From positions 104,780,001 through 104,844,000 of the forward strand of contig NC_042997.1 in the NCBI RefSeq assembly GCF_006345805.1: a DNA stretch of 64,000 bases. Direction: 5' to 3'. Of this stretch, positions 14,063-26,900 are shown in pieces (position 1 is the first letter of the stretch; each line of letters opens with the position of its first letter). A program made the translations under genes and the position numbers. A model generated the notes under the pieces. It did not search any database. It saw only the letters and a list, made by a program, of their open reading frames with translations, and had not been told where the DNA came from. This stretch comes from Octopus sinensis (Eukaryota).

Positions 14063-14980
14063 AAGAGCGATAGACAGTGTTAGTGTATGTGTCAGTATAT
14101 GTCCATATGCGGGTGTTATTTCGTGTAGATGTTTACATATAAATACACATGCATCAGACCAGATAGGTGGAAAAAAAAGCGCACGCACACACACACACAT
14201 ACGTATAACACTAAAGCTCACACAATGGCAGTAGCTTACACAGTCAAAGCTCAAATAAATAAATAAATCCACTCCACACAGCACAAGCGACACTTTCAGT
14301 ACACGCCCATTTCACTGTGAGAATAATAACCCAAATAACATAGTGGGAGGAGAGACAAAGATAGGCAGAGCAAAAAATAAAATACAATACAATAAAAAAA
14401 AATTAATAGCTGGCAACCGAAGACAAACCCATGTTATAATTTTCGTTCACCAGCAAGCATTTTTCAAAAATTCTCTATCTAATAACCCCAATGTTCTTAT
14501 AATGTTTTTCTCCTTTTTGGTTCTTTTGTTATTCATTTGAACAATTTCGTTATTCGTATCCATTACAAGCTAGATAGGATCTGTAGTTCGTGTTCGTTTG
14601 TGCTCTTGTTTATATTCCAGTAAAATGAATGTGCAAGGACAAGTGTATATTCTGGCAACGGGATTATGTAGTTGAAATGAAATATAGTTTTATATGGGAT
14701 CTGTGAAAGGATATTATGGAAAAAATTACATAGAGAATGGATATTCTGGTGGGTTTTTTTCTATTTTATTTTAAACAGAATGTAACAGCTGTCTTAAACT
14801 TGAGATACACGTGTACACACGCATCGACAAACAAACAAACAACCAAATATAAGCATTAATGTGCGAGTGTGTCACTGTGCAAGCGTGTATATACATACAT
14901 ATATATATATATACATACATACATACATATGTGTGTGTACACACACACACATATATATATATATACATACGTGTGTGTGC

Positions 14981-15060
<80 letters not shown>

Positions 15061-15077
15061 CTAAATATATGCATGTG

Positions 15078-15109
<32 letters not shown>

Positions 15110-15334
15110 TGCATATATACGTGTTTGTATACACACAAATATATATATATATAGGAGTGGCTGTGTGGCAAGAAGCTTGCTAACCAACCACATGGTTCCA
15201 GGTTCAGTCCCACTGCGTGGCACCTTGGGCAGTTGTCTTCTACTACAACCTCGGGCCGACCAAAGCTTTGTGAATGGATTTGAATGACGGAAACCGAAAG
15301 AAGCCCGTCGTATATATATTTTATATTTTAGATA

Positions 15335-15555
15335 TTTTATATCAGCGCTATGATAGAACGTTAGCCACTACACACATTTTTTCTCTCCTTTTTTTTCTCT
15401 CCTTGTTTCTCTCCTTGTTTTTTTCTGTGTCCCTTTCTGTAGAAGAGCGTAGGCTCGAAACGTAAATGGCTTTTTCTATTCCTGAGCGTTATACTAATAC
15501 ATCTGTTTCTTTTGTACACCACCTGTCTTCGTCTTTTTTTTCGTAAACTTTCCCT
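15335..15555 (+). mobile_element. Probable PLE pseudo-LTR fragment with a degenerate hammerhead-like core
   Basis: tagaaga-GAGC gtag GCTC-GAAACGTA at about 15440-15474, between two family A SINEs, ending at (TA)n. Confidence 0.45.
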
Positions 15556-15570
15556 ATATATATATATATA

Positions 15571-15978
15571 TAGGCGCGGGAGTGGCTGTGTGGTGAGTAG
15601 CTTTCTAACCAACCACATGGTTCCGGGTTCAGTCCCTTTGCGTGGCATCTTGGGCAAGTGTCTTCTGCTATAGCCTCGGGCCGACCAATGCCTTGTGAGT
15701 GGATTTGGTAGACGGAAACTGAAAGAAGCCTGTCGTATATATGTATATATATATATATGTGTGTGTGTGTTTGTGTGTCTGTGTTTGTCCCCCTAGCATT
15801 GCTTGACAACTGATACTGGTGTGTTTACATCCCCGTCACTTAGCGGTTCGGCAAAAGAGACCGATAGAATAAGTACTGGGCTTACAAAGAATAAGTCCCG
15901 GGGTCGATTTGCTCGACTAAAGGCGGTGCTCCAGCATGGCCGCAGTCAAATGACTGAAACAAGTAAAAGAGTAAAGAG
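15571..15978 (+). mobile_element. SINE family A, full length
   Basis: Head taggcgcgggagtggctgtgtgg...ggttccgggttcagtccc, internal (TA)n(TG)n linker, tail gtcaaatgactgaaacaagtaaaagag. A 5' partial copy lies at 15153-15312 and a 3' partial copy at about 16010-16166. Confidence 0.9.
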
Positions 15979-16339
15979 TATATATATACATATACCCCCA
16001 TCATCATTTGGCAACCGATGTTATTGTGTTTAAGTCCCCTTAACTTAGCGGTTCGGGAGAGGGACCAATAGAATAAGTTCTAGGCTTACAAGGTAAGAGC
16101 TCAATTTGGTCGACTAAAGGCGGTGCACCAGCATGGCTGTAGTCAAATGACTGAAAGAAGTAAGATATATATATATATATATACCTATCCATATCTATGA
16201 TGTCACCGTTTTATTCATGTGTGTTCATCCCGAATGTATTGATTGTGTGTGTGTGTGTATGACTCTCTGTGTGTGTGTGCGTGTGTGTGTGTGTGTATGC
16301 ATGTTTGTTTGAAAATGTGTATGTACGTACGATTGTATG

Positions 16340-17150
16340 TATGCATGTATCTACTGCTTTCAGTAAATCTCGTTTCATCCAGATGTTGCTCTCGTGTTGG
16401 ATCATCAGTTTCGATGTGGTTATCCGTTCTTGGCATTTTCTCGTTCCCAGTCCTCTTCATTCTGTTTGCTTAGGCAAATGAAGTCGTTAAGCAATGCATT
16501 TCTTGAAAGTTCTTATTTTCATGCATTCCCCTCTACGCTTTATACATCAGTAAAGTATGTTGGGCAGAGTAACCATGGCCTTCATTGGTTGTTGTTAGAA
16601 ATATTACTGATCCATTGACGGTAGAGCTTTCATTGCCTGTTGGGAGTACCTTGTCGCTAACATTTTCCTTTCTTTGATGTATACTAATTGATTTCTACTA
16701 ATTGACGAATATGATGTCCTTGGTTCGTTCTTTATCTCTTTCGCTTATCTTTCGTTTGGTTATCTCTTCCGCAATTACTACCTTATCACAAATTTGACGG
16801 ACAAGCCCTCATCCTTCTTTTGCTTTTTCTATCACTCTCCCCGCATCTCTCTCTGTATATGTATTTATATGGATCGGATGCCTTGCTGTATTTATTTTGA
16901 ATCTTTGGTTTCTGAGTTTATATCTTGCTGTGCTTACAAGTAGATGATATACACAAACCTATGCTATGTTTTAATCAAGTGTCTGAAATCCTGGGTGTTT
17001 TAGCGAAGTCCAATTTGTTGCCAGCATTCGCGTCAGGTGTTCAGTTTGAGGGTATCTTTCACACCCCGCTTCCCTACTAATCCCCAGGAGACTTGTAGAG
17101 AATCATTAAGAATGGTTTCCTTAGAAGGTAATTCACCCTTTTTGGTGCAT
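16340..17150 (-). mobile_element. Highly decayed R4/Dong/NeSL-like (RLE) LINE fragment
   Basis: Minus strand ESNIWMKRDLLKAVD resembles the post-RT W..RG.LK.ETE motif; upstream SLLGIS and KEG*GL recall YLGI and EGGRGL. Heavily frameshifted. Confidence 0.45.
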
Positions 17151-17580
17151 TTTGGAACAAGTGAGGAGCCACAACACTGTATCATCGTTGCTGAAAATGG
17201 TAAAGTAGATTTTTCTTGAAGAAAGGCTCAAAATTGCCCTGACAGCCGTTCACAACCTGTACCTGTCAATTTCAGGACGTAAAGCTTTGATTGGTTTAAA
17301 CTTGCATCAAATCGGATTTAAATTATTAAACTTCCATCTATCAAAGATTTTTCATCATTTTGTTCAACGACACTGTGTGCGTGTATGTGTGTGTGCGAGT
17401 GGGTGTGTGTGTGCATGTGCGTGAATGTGCGTGTATTGTGTGTGAGTTAGTGTGTGTGCGCGGGCACGTGCGTGAGCTAACAAGTGTGCCTTTTCAGGGT
17501 CACTTGCTTGCAAGAAATATCGGCCCAAACCTTTAAATGTATTCTTAAACTAGAAACGCACACATACACGTATATATATA

Positions 17581-18074
17581 TAGGCGCAGGAGTGGATGTG
17601 TGGTAAGTAGCTTGCTTACCAACCACATGGGTCCGGGTTCATTTCCACTGTGTGGCACTTTGGGCAAGTGCCTTCTACTATAGCCTCGGGCCGACAAAAG
17701 ACTTGTGAGTGGATTTGGTAGACGGAAACTGAAAGAAGCCCGTCGTATATATGTATGTATGAGTGTATGCGTGTGTATCTGTTGGTGTGTCTATGTTTAT
17801 CCCCCCAACGTGCAGAATCTGTGAACAGAATGGTGAAACCGTATGGCATACTACCAGTCAATGTACGCCACTAGACCAGAAAGAATACAAGGGACGTGAT
17901 GACAACTGATGATGGTGTGTTTACGTCCCCGTAACTTAGCGGTTCGGCAAAAGATGCCGATAGAATAAGTACTAGGCTTACAAAGAATAAGTCCTGGGAA
18001 GATTTTCTCGACTAAAGGCGGTGCTCTAGCATGGCCACAGTCAAATGACTGAAACAAGTAAAAGAGTAAAAGAG
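17581..18074 (+). mobile_element. SINE family A copy carrying an inserted LINE fragment
   Basis: Colinear with 15571-15978 except for about 90 bp of foreign sequence at 17810-17899. Confidence 0.85.
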
Positions 18075-18086
18075 ATTAATATATAA

Positions 18087-18133
<47 letters not shown>

Positions 18134-18147
18134 TATATATATATGCA

Positions 18148-18252
<105 letters not shown>

Positions 18253-18273
18253 TAATCTCCACATATATATACA

Positions 18274-18493
18274 CTCTTTTACTCTTTTACTCTGTTACTT
18301 GTTTCAGTCATTTGACTGCGGCCATGCTGGAGCACCACCTTTAGTCGAGCAAATCGACCCCGGGACTTATTCTTTTGTAAGCCCAGTACTAATTCTATCG
18401 GTCCCTTTTGCCGAACCGCTAAGTGACGGGGATGTAAACACACCAAGCAATGCTAGGGGGACAAACACAGACACACAAACATATACACACACA

Positions 18494-18533
<40 letters not shown>

Positions 18534-18691
18534 TACGACGGGCTTCTTTCAGTTTCTGTCTACCAAATCCACTCACAAGGCTTTGGTCGGCCCGAGGCTA
18601 TAGTAGAAGACACTTACCCAAGGTGCCACGCAGTGGGACTGAACCCGGAACCATGTGGTTGGTTAGCAAGCTACTTACCACACAGCCACTC
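18274..18691 (-). mobile_element. SINE family A, full length
   Basis: Reverse complement of the family A copies, tail-to-tail with 17581-18074 across a (TA)n tract. Confidence 0.9.
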
Positions 18692-18785
18692 ATATATGTA
18701 TATGTATATATATATATATTAATCTCCTTTACTCTTTTACTTGTTTCAGTCATTAGACTGTGGCCATGCTAGAGCACCGCCTCTT

Positions 18786-18820
<35 letters not shown>

Positions 18821-21479
18821 GCATTTATATATGCATATATACCTATATTATATATGTGTGTATGTATTTATATATATGTATATTTGTGTGTGTATGTGTC
18901 TAAAAGATACCACCATGCTAGATATAGCAGTCAAAGCTTGACTAAAAAACCACATTAAATCTTCATACAGCACCAAGAGAGAACACAAATCGATAAAATA
19001 AACTAGCAAAAAATTATTCGATAATTCCAGATCCCGGATTTCTGACTTTGCACAAGAAATATTTGCCTCATCAATAGAATACACGCAAATAGTACATAAA
19101 TACATATATATATATATATAAATACAACATACGAATACTTACATATACGCACGTATACACACATATATATGCACGTATGCACACGACCAGTTTAAAATGC
19201 CCGCCTAAACCCCACGTGCGATATGGTCAAAATACTAACGCAATATATATATCCATGTCTATTCCTTGTTGTAGCCACAAGACACACACCAAACATTCCA
19301 TTCATTTCCCAGCTCAGAGGCGAGCCCCGTTCTATGCTCGGGTCAAGGCATAGAACGCAACCAATAACAGCAACCAGACCCGACAGCATATGCTGCCCCC
19401 CCCAGCCGGATCATGCTGGTTCCGTAAATTTTGAGAAACATCAAATTCACTCATCCGTCCATTTATATGTATGTTGTGTCAGGTCACTTTCGAGTGCTAC
19501 TAGTAACATGTAACCCAGTACAACCTGTTGCATGGTCTGGTGGTCGACGACTAAACCGTCAACCCCACCAAGCTTGCTTGATGAGGAGGGTGTTTATTGG
19601 ACACCCTGCAGGATGAAAAACAGAACCCGTCAAAAGGCGGAGGAACTCTTGAGAGTCAAAGGCTATCCAATAAATGTCTTAAGGATGTATCATGTGCGGG
19701 GACATAGAAATAATCGGACTGAATACCCGATCGCGCAGTTAAACTATTGGGAGTGAAGGACTCCTGGCCTTTGTTAGGGCATCCTTCTAGGAGGAGGTAA
19801 CTCAGGTAACTGGGATGACTCCTACATAAAACCTGCGGCTCAGTGGTTACCGATGATGTTGACTTGTTCTTCTTTTCGGGTTAAGTCTGCTGTTGCTTAG
19901 TGAGTGGGATTGACTCAGTACACAGCCTTTCCTCACTTAAAAAAAATCTTCTTGCACAGGCATTGCACGATAACAACATTGATTAAGCTTCGTACAATGG
20001 CCATACTCGATAACGAAGGGGCAGCCACCATGTATGTATGTATGTATGTATGTATGTATGTATGTATGTATGTATGTATGTATGTATGTATGTATATGTA
20101 TGTATGAATGTATGTATGTATGTAGATAGATAAGGTAACTAGGCAGGCAGGCAGGTAGGTATGTTGGTAGGTAGGTAGGTAGGTAGGTAGGTAGGTAGGT
20201 AGATAGGCAGACAAGCATGCAGGTAGGTAGGTAGGTACGTACGTACGTACGTATGTAGGGATGTATGCAAAGCATGTTTTATACCAATGTATTACCACAT
20301 TATTAAGCGGCCGATTGACGGCTAATTCAGAGAGAGAGCCTTGTGATATTGCATTCACATTGTTAGTTCAACACAAACCGAAATAATCTTTGTCTTTTAT
20401 TCTCCCGAGTTCGAATCGATATCATAAATACCAGTATAGTACCGAGATCAGTCTGTCTGCCTGCCTGTCCCTCCCTCTCTCTCTCTCTCTCTTTCTCTCT
20501 CTCACTTTCTCCTTCCCACACTCTCTTAAAATCAGAGATCTTGAGAGAAACGTACGATGTCACTCACAAAATATTTCCTTTATGCCAATCACTACCTATC
20601 AAAATTGAAGAACGTGGTCACGGAGGCTCTAAGAGTCTTCCTGCTACATATTGATAATGATGATGATGACAGCAACGACGCTTATAATGATGATGTACAC
20701 AATGATGATTATATATTTAAAAAATCACTACACAACCACCACACAAAATCACGGTGTTTCACTTTCTCTATACAGCGCTTTATATACAAATGAATTAAAT
20801 TCTTCTCTGGTCAAACCGTCTATTTATCTCCTGTTCCATTTGAAGCTGTATTTTTTTCTCGTCTTTCTTCCTATCGATTTACTTATTTATTTATATATTT
20901 ACTTACTCACTTTTTTTCCCATTTCATCTTATTTTCCAATACCCACTCTGTTGCTAAAATCGATTATCGATGTTCGCTGTTAAATATTATTATTTTTATA
21001 GTTATTCATTTATTTTGTTGTATTGTCACATAGGTTGTCATTGCTGTTTCTTCAGGGTTTCATTTTGTTTTATTATTGACAGACCGTTCCTTGCTATATT
21101 ATTTTGTACTAGATATTTTTTTATATATCCTTTTTCGTTGTTATTGACTATTATTTATTTACTTACTTCTATTGTTATTTCTCTTGTTGCTATTTTTGCC
21201 TTGGTTTGTTTCGGTAGTCATTAAATGCTCTCGTTGGTCACGTAGTATATTATCAAACGTTGTTATTGTCAGCCATATTATTGTTCTTGAGGGAGATTTT
21301 TATAGCTAATTCTGTGGCTGGTGTGTCCAGTTTGTGTTGTTATTTCTTTTTTGTGTGTGTTATTGATGTCACCGTTGTTATTGTTGTTATGGTTTGTGTT
21401 GCCACTTTTGTAATAACTTTTTTTTTGTTATTTTGCTTTTTGTTTCTACTTAGTGTTTATATAATAGTAGTAATAGCAA

Positions 21480-21487
21480 TATCTGTT

Positions 21488-21518
<31 letters not shown>

Positions 21519-21708
21519 GAGGTGATGGTGGTGGTGGTGGTGGTGGTGGTGGTGGTGGTAGTAGTAGTGGTGTTGGTGGTGGTGTTTGTGGTGGTGGTGG
21601 TAGTAGTGGTGGTGGTGGTGGTGGTGATAGTAGTAGTGGTTGTGGTAGTAGTAGTAGTATTAGTGGTGGTGGTGGTGGTGGTAGTAGTGGTGGTGGTGGT
21701 GGTGGTGA

Positions 21709-21745
<37 letters not shown>

Positions 21746-21835
21746 GGTGGTCGTGGTGGTGGTGGTAGTGGTAGTAGTAGTTGTAGTAGTGGCAGCAGCA
21801 GCAACAGCTGCAGTAACAGCAACAGTAGTAGTAAT
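21480..21835. repeat. Compound (GTA)n/(GGT)n trinucleotide low-complexity tract
   Basis: Alternating gta/ggt/agt runs. Source of the poly-G/S/V/T ORFs. Confidence 0.9.
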
Positions 21836-23419
21836 ACTGGTTCCAAATTTTGGCACAAGGCCAGCAAATACGGGAGAGGGGTTAAGTTGAAGACATCGAC
21901 CCAGTGCTCAACTGGCACTTATTTTATCGAACCCGAAAAGATGAGAAGCAAGATCCACTTCGGGGTAATTTGAACTCAGAACGTGCGAACGGAAGAATGC
22001 GGCAGCAGTAATTATTTGGACAGAATATCTAGTTGTGATTTTGGATGGCTGCAGGTTGATTTATAACTACCCGAGTTTCTCGTGGGTACTGAATATGAAT
22101 TAGGAACAAAAGAAGGTAAGTCCACAAAAACAGAATTTAAAGATGGGTATCCACCGTTTCTCTTAAACAAAAAGTGCAGTAACAAACGAGGTCATTTGAA
22201 AGCAGGAGTTATATACATACATATGTATAAATACATACACTCGTACATACATGTATGTATGGATGTATGTATGTAAGTGCATGTAACATCTATCTATCAA
22301 GCTATTTATCACGCAATCTCTTTCCCCAACTTCAATACGTGTGTTTGTGTGTTTTTGCATGTATATGTGTGTGTGTGTGTGTGTATGTGTATGTGCGTGT
22401 ATGCATATCATTGGCACTTCTGATTCTCTTATTATAAAAGGCAGATTTTATCTGCCTCCCTTTGTCTCTTATAGAAATCTACAATATAGGATTTCTTCAA
22501 TTACAATTTACCTAGCATTTTTAAGAGTAGAATGCATCGGGTCGTGCCAGGTCCAGTTTTTCAAATTTCAACCCCAATTAAGCAAAATTTAGAGAAAACT
22601 CACATTGTGGTGTGTGAGTCAAGGGAGTGATCTGATTCACTCACGCTATCACTCTAATTTCTACGACTTTCTCTTTGCAAGTTTGCAACGATTAAAGTGA
22701 AACTATTTCGATAAAGCGAGAGAAGTGTACCTTAAACCACTACTAAAAAAAAAAAACACAGCAAACAGAAACAAATAAATACATAACGATTTACTCCTCA
22801 CACAATTTCTTCAATTAGAGTTTACCCATGATTTTTCAAAGTACTCTCATTGGGTCATGCCATACAAAATTTCTTTCAATTTTACCCCCAATTAAGACAA
22901 AATTCGAGAAAACTCAATATTTTAACATTTCACTCCAAAAGCATTGATGTACATGTGTGCGTGCGTGAGTGTGTGTGTGTCATTCCTCACACACACGCAT
23001 ACACATACATATATGACAGTGACAAACACAAACGTTTCAAACAACTACATACAAACACGTGTGTGTTTGTTATTAGTAAAAAAGGCGCCAAAACACAACT
23101 CGCTTCTCATTCCAACACATTTGCAAAGACACACGGACGGTCGAATTGCTATAACAATACAGAAAAGGTAAATTGGTTTTTATTTTACTTTCTGTCGTTA
23201 AATTTTGGTAGTATTAATTGGCGAGCCGAGCTTGCAGTATGAAACAGTGTTTATGTATAAACAGACGACACTTATATATAGTTATTAATAAATGTATGCA
23301 TCCGTTTAAAAGAAAAACCAAAAAATATTTTATTCTTTATAAATGTTGTGTTCAAAATAACATTTTCTTTTAAGAATGTGTATATAAGAAAGTATGTGTA
23401 TATAACTACGTGGCTTATA

Positions 23420-23816
23420 TCTTTATATATAAAAGTGAAGTTGTGTGTCTGTCTCCTACGATTTAGATTCCTAACTACTCCCACATTTTGCGGTGCAGTG
23501 TAACCAAAACCGGGTATCTTATAGTCGTGATTCATATCGAGCCCTTCTGGGTATTAGCGTGCGTCTACGATGAGTCTATGCTTTTAAAAAAATTTACCAT
23601 CATATTTTTCCATTTTAATGCATTTTTTTCGCTATTATATAAGGGAAGTAACTCTCTAAAAATATCTACGATATGTCAACGATTTAAAAAAAAAATTACC
23701 TTAATTTTTTTCCATTTTTAATGCATTTTTTTGCTTTTTTTTGGCTATAACTCTCTAAAAATGCTTATATAGTTATTTCCCTTACAAACCCGAGCAACGC
23801 CGGGCGATACTGCTAG
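23420..23816 (+). mobile_element. Non-autonomous Helitron 1
   Basis: 5' A|TC start (tctttatatataaaagtgaag), 3' GC-rich hairpin cccgagcaacgccggg, then atactgCTAG|T at 23813-23817. Confidence 0.8.
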
Positions 23817-23827
23817 TAGTTATTAAA

Positions 23828-24220
23828 TCTCTCGCTATATATAAAGCGGAAGTTTTCTGTGTATGGCAGGTTTAGTAGCCTTCAACTAACACTTTTTCCT
23901 CCGAGACCCTGCGGCGCAAGTTGACTAAAATTGAGAGTATGACAGAAGAAGGCTTGCTCTTCCTTCCGTAGAAAAAAAATTCAAATCGTACCATATTAAT
24001 ACCAAAAATTATTTACATCAAAAAGGTGCTTTTTTTCTATGAAAATCCCTTTTTTCTACGATTTTTTGACTGCTGTGTCGCCATTTTTCGGTGTATTTCA
24101 ACCAGAAAAATGTTCACTTAAAGAGAATAACAAGCTACATAATGCAAATGTTTTACTTTTCGAAAATTCCAATTCTAAAGGGTCGAAACAAACCTGAGCA
24201 ACGCCGGGCGATACTGCTAG
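23828..24220 (+). mobile_element. Non-autonomous Helitron 2
   Basis: 5' A|TC start (tctctcgctatatataaagcggaag) and a near-identical 3' end gagcaacgccgggcgatactgCTAG|T at 24217-24221. The interior differs from Helitron 1. Confidence 0.8.
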
Positions 24221-24289
24221 TAAATAATAGAAACGTTTGAGACGTGGATCGTCAGCAGATGTGGCAGTATAAGCGAGAATGATAGGTTA

Positions 24290-24560
24290 ACAAATGCTGC
24301 ATTAATAGGAAATCTGGAAGTTGAAAGTCACCGCTGTCGACAATCAAGTTCGGAAAGCTTTCATATTTAGGACATAAAATGTGCCACGAATCACTGCCCG
24401 AGACCATCCTGAAAGGGAGTGTTCAGGGCAAGCGGATAAGTGGCAGTGAAAGATGTTTGTGAAGAGATGATATCAAAGACTGGCCAAGAAATAAAGGCCT
24501 GGCTGACTGTATACATGCAGTGCAACACAAAGCGAACTAGAGAATCTTGGCAAGACAATC
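24290..24560 (+). mobile_element. RTE-clade LINE 3' fragment (decayed)
   Basis: ETILKGSVQGKRISG...DDIKDW resembles the RTE C-terminal TILEG.V.GKR.RGR...W.DDIK.W motif. Confidence 0.55.
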
Positions 24561-24829
24561 CCCGGAATCAGGGAAAGCGCCTGGCTAAGATATAAATGTA
24601 TATAAATAAGATGCTGTTGAATAAGGTACTTAAAGTTGAGATACCTAGATAGGTCTGCAACTGAACTGGTGGCAGAATCATTGAATATATATATTACCGT
24701 GGATTTTTAATTATTTTAAATTATTTTAAATGGCCTTTATTGTAAAATTCATGTATTCATTTGAAGAAAACTTTTTATAATGATATAATGTACTCATTAT
24801 CAATTAAGAAGCCCAATATACCCATCATG

Positions 24830-25309
24830 ACTACCCGTCTGATAAAGGTACACCAGGCACATGCATCACAACCATATGTGCGCGACATGGTGATCTCATA
24901 TCAAGATAAACAGCACATGACCTTGCAGGTGGGGCCCAGTTAGAATTTTCTTCAGGTTGAGTAGCCCATCCCGCTCAAACGGTCCCTGAATAAAGGTTGT
25001 TTAAGGATGTTGAAAGAACCACCCATGTTTCCAGAGGTGAACTATTCATCCCCAAAGAATCCCTCTCAACACATGGCTATGATGCTCCCCCACTACTTCT
25101 GCTCGTGATCAGAGATGCACATATCGTCAGCCACTAAGGGACATGCTCAACTGGTTAAGGTCAAACAACTGACAAGCAAATCTGTGGTATTGAGCAGAAT
25201 ATTTGCTGTAGCCCATCTTTTATACCAAGACAAAACAATGTACATGATAACACTTCCAATCAGTTAAGATCAGAAGCCATGAGAGCCACTGCCTGGTACT
25301 GCATCAGGG

Positions 25310-25315
<6 letters not shown>
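24830..25315. mobile_element. Interspersed repeat of unknown class abutting a (TTA)n tract
   Basis: Higher-GC non-coding block ending at the (TTA)n run (about 25311-25403). It resembles a common octopus repeat by recall only; orientation and class unresolved. Confidence 0.35.
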
Positions 25316-25384
<69 letters not shown>

Positions 25385-25402
25385 CATTATTATTATTATT
25401 AT

Positions 25403-25625
25403 TAAGGCGGGCTAGCAGAATCGTTAGCACGCAGGGCAAAAAGTTTAGCGGCATTTCGTCTGTCTTTACCTTCGGGTTTCAAATTCCGCTGGTGTCGACT
25501 TTGCCTTTCATCCTTTTGGGGGATCAATAAAATAAGTACCAGTTCAGTACTGGGGTCGATGTAATCGACTTGTCTCCTCCCTCAAATTTCAGGCCTCGTG
25601 CCTATAGTAGAAAGGGCTATTACAT
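25403..25625 (+). mobile_element. SINE family C copy
   Basis: aaggcgggctagcagaatcgttagc head and tttcatccttttgggggatcaataaaataagtaccag core. Confidence 0.7.
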
Positions 25626-26119
25626 TATTGTTGTTGCTTCTGTTCCCCCATCACTACCACCACCACCACCACCACCTCACTTCAGCCCTCTTACTCATCG
25701 AGATTTTATGGTTCAGCAGTTAAGACTGGGGGAGTTATTAAAGGTAATTAGTAAATCTTTCGTTATGTCTAATCAATTAGATGAAATCTATAAGGTAATG
25801 TAACAAATGAATTGGAAGAATGGCTACATACATCAAACTCATCTGAAACAAGTCACTCCGATAAACCACTCACACACACACGCACACACGTGCGCGCTCA
25901 CATACACACGTACACACGTGCGTACACTCACGTACACCTAATTGCTTATACAAAAACGTACACCTAATTACTTATACACATACTCGTACGGGTACGCGCA
26001 CAGACGAGAAAGGAGACGCGTATTCATCCGCCGTCGTTCACAAAATGGAGAATATCGAACATTAGAGATATCTAACTTGCGTGTAATTGTCGTATGGTTT
26101 TATAGTCATCAACATTGTT

Positions 26120-26747
26120 TCTAGTGTTGTTGGTGGTGTTGGTGGTAGTGGTGGTGGTGGTTGTGATAAGGTGGCCGTGTTATTGCGGTTGTGAGGGGGG
26201 TGATGAAGGTGGCCGTATTATAGCGGTTGTGGGTGGTGGTGGTGGTGGTGGTTGTCAGTTGTGGTGTTGGTAATAGTGGTGGTGGTAGTTCAAGTGGTTT
26301 TTCCGGCAAGATATCTGAGGTTACGCAACAGGTATATTAGCAGTGGTGGTGGTGGTATTGTAATAGTTCTTGTGGTGGGGTTTTAGTGGATAGATGGGGG
26401 TTGGAGTGGTGGTGGTGGTAGTGACGATTTTAGTGGAGGCGGTAGTGGTAGTGGTGGTGTTGGTGCTGGCGGTATAGTTGTAGTAATGATGGTGGTGATG
26501 GCTGTGGTGCAGTGGTGGTCGCAGTGGTAAAGGTAGTTGCGGTGACAGTGGTAGTGGTGGTTGTAGTTAGTGATTGTGGCGATAGTGGTGGTGGTGGTTG
26601 TAGTAGTTGGTCGTAGTAGTTGATAGTGGTGACAGTGGTGGTATAGGCGGCAATAGCAGCGGCAGTGGTAGTAGAGGCGGTTGTGATGATAGTGGCGGTG
26701 GTGGTGGTGGTGGTGGTGGAGGCGGTTGTTATTCTAATGGCGGCGGC

Positions 26748-26794
<47 letters not shown>

Positions 26795-26818
26795 CATTAG
26801 CAGCAGCAGTAGCAGCAT

Positions 26819-26865
<47 letters not shown>

Positions 26866-26900
26866 TTGTGGCGGTGGTGGTGGCGGGGACTACGATTATG
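26120..26900. repeat. (GGT)n/(AGT)n/(AGC)n low-complexity tract
   Basis: About 780 bp of degenerate trinucleotide runs. Confidence 0.85.

Noticed and set aside
19520-20030. Possible LINE 5' UTR fragment
   Set aside because: It looks repeat-like but has no peptide motif or terminus to support a class.
21260-21973. 237-aa Gly/Ser-rich ORF (and the similar 26607-26918)
   Set aside because: It is a trinucleotide tract open in several frames on both strands and ends inside a family C SINE.
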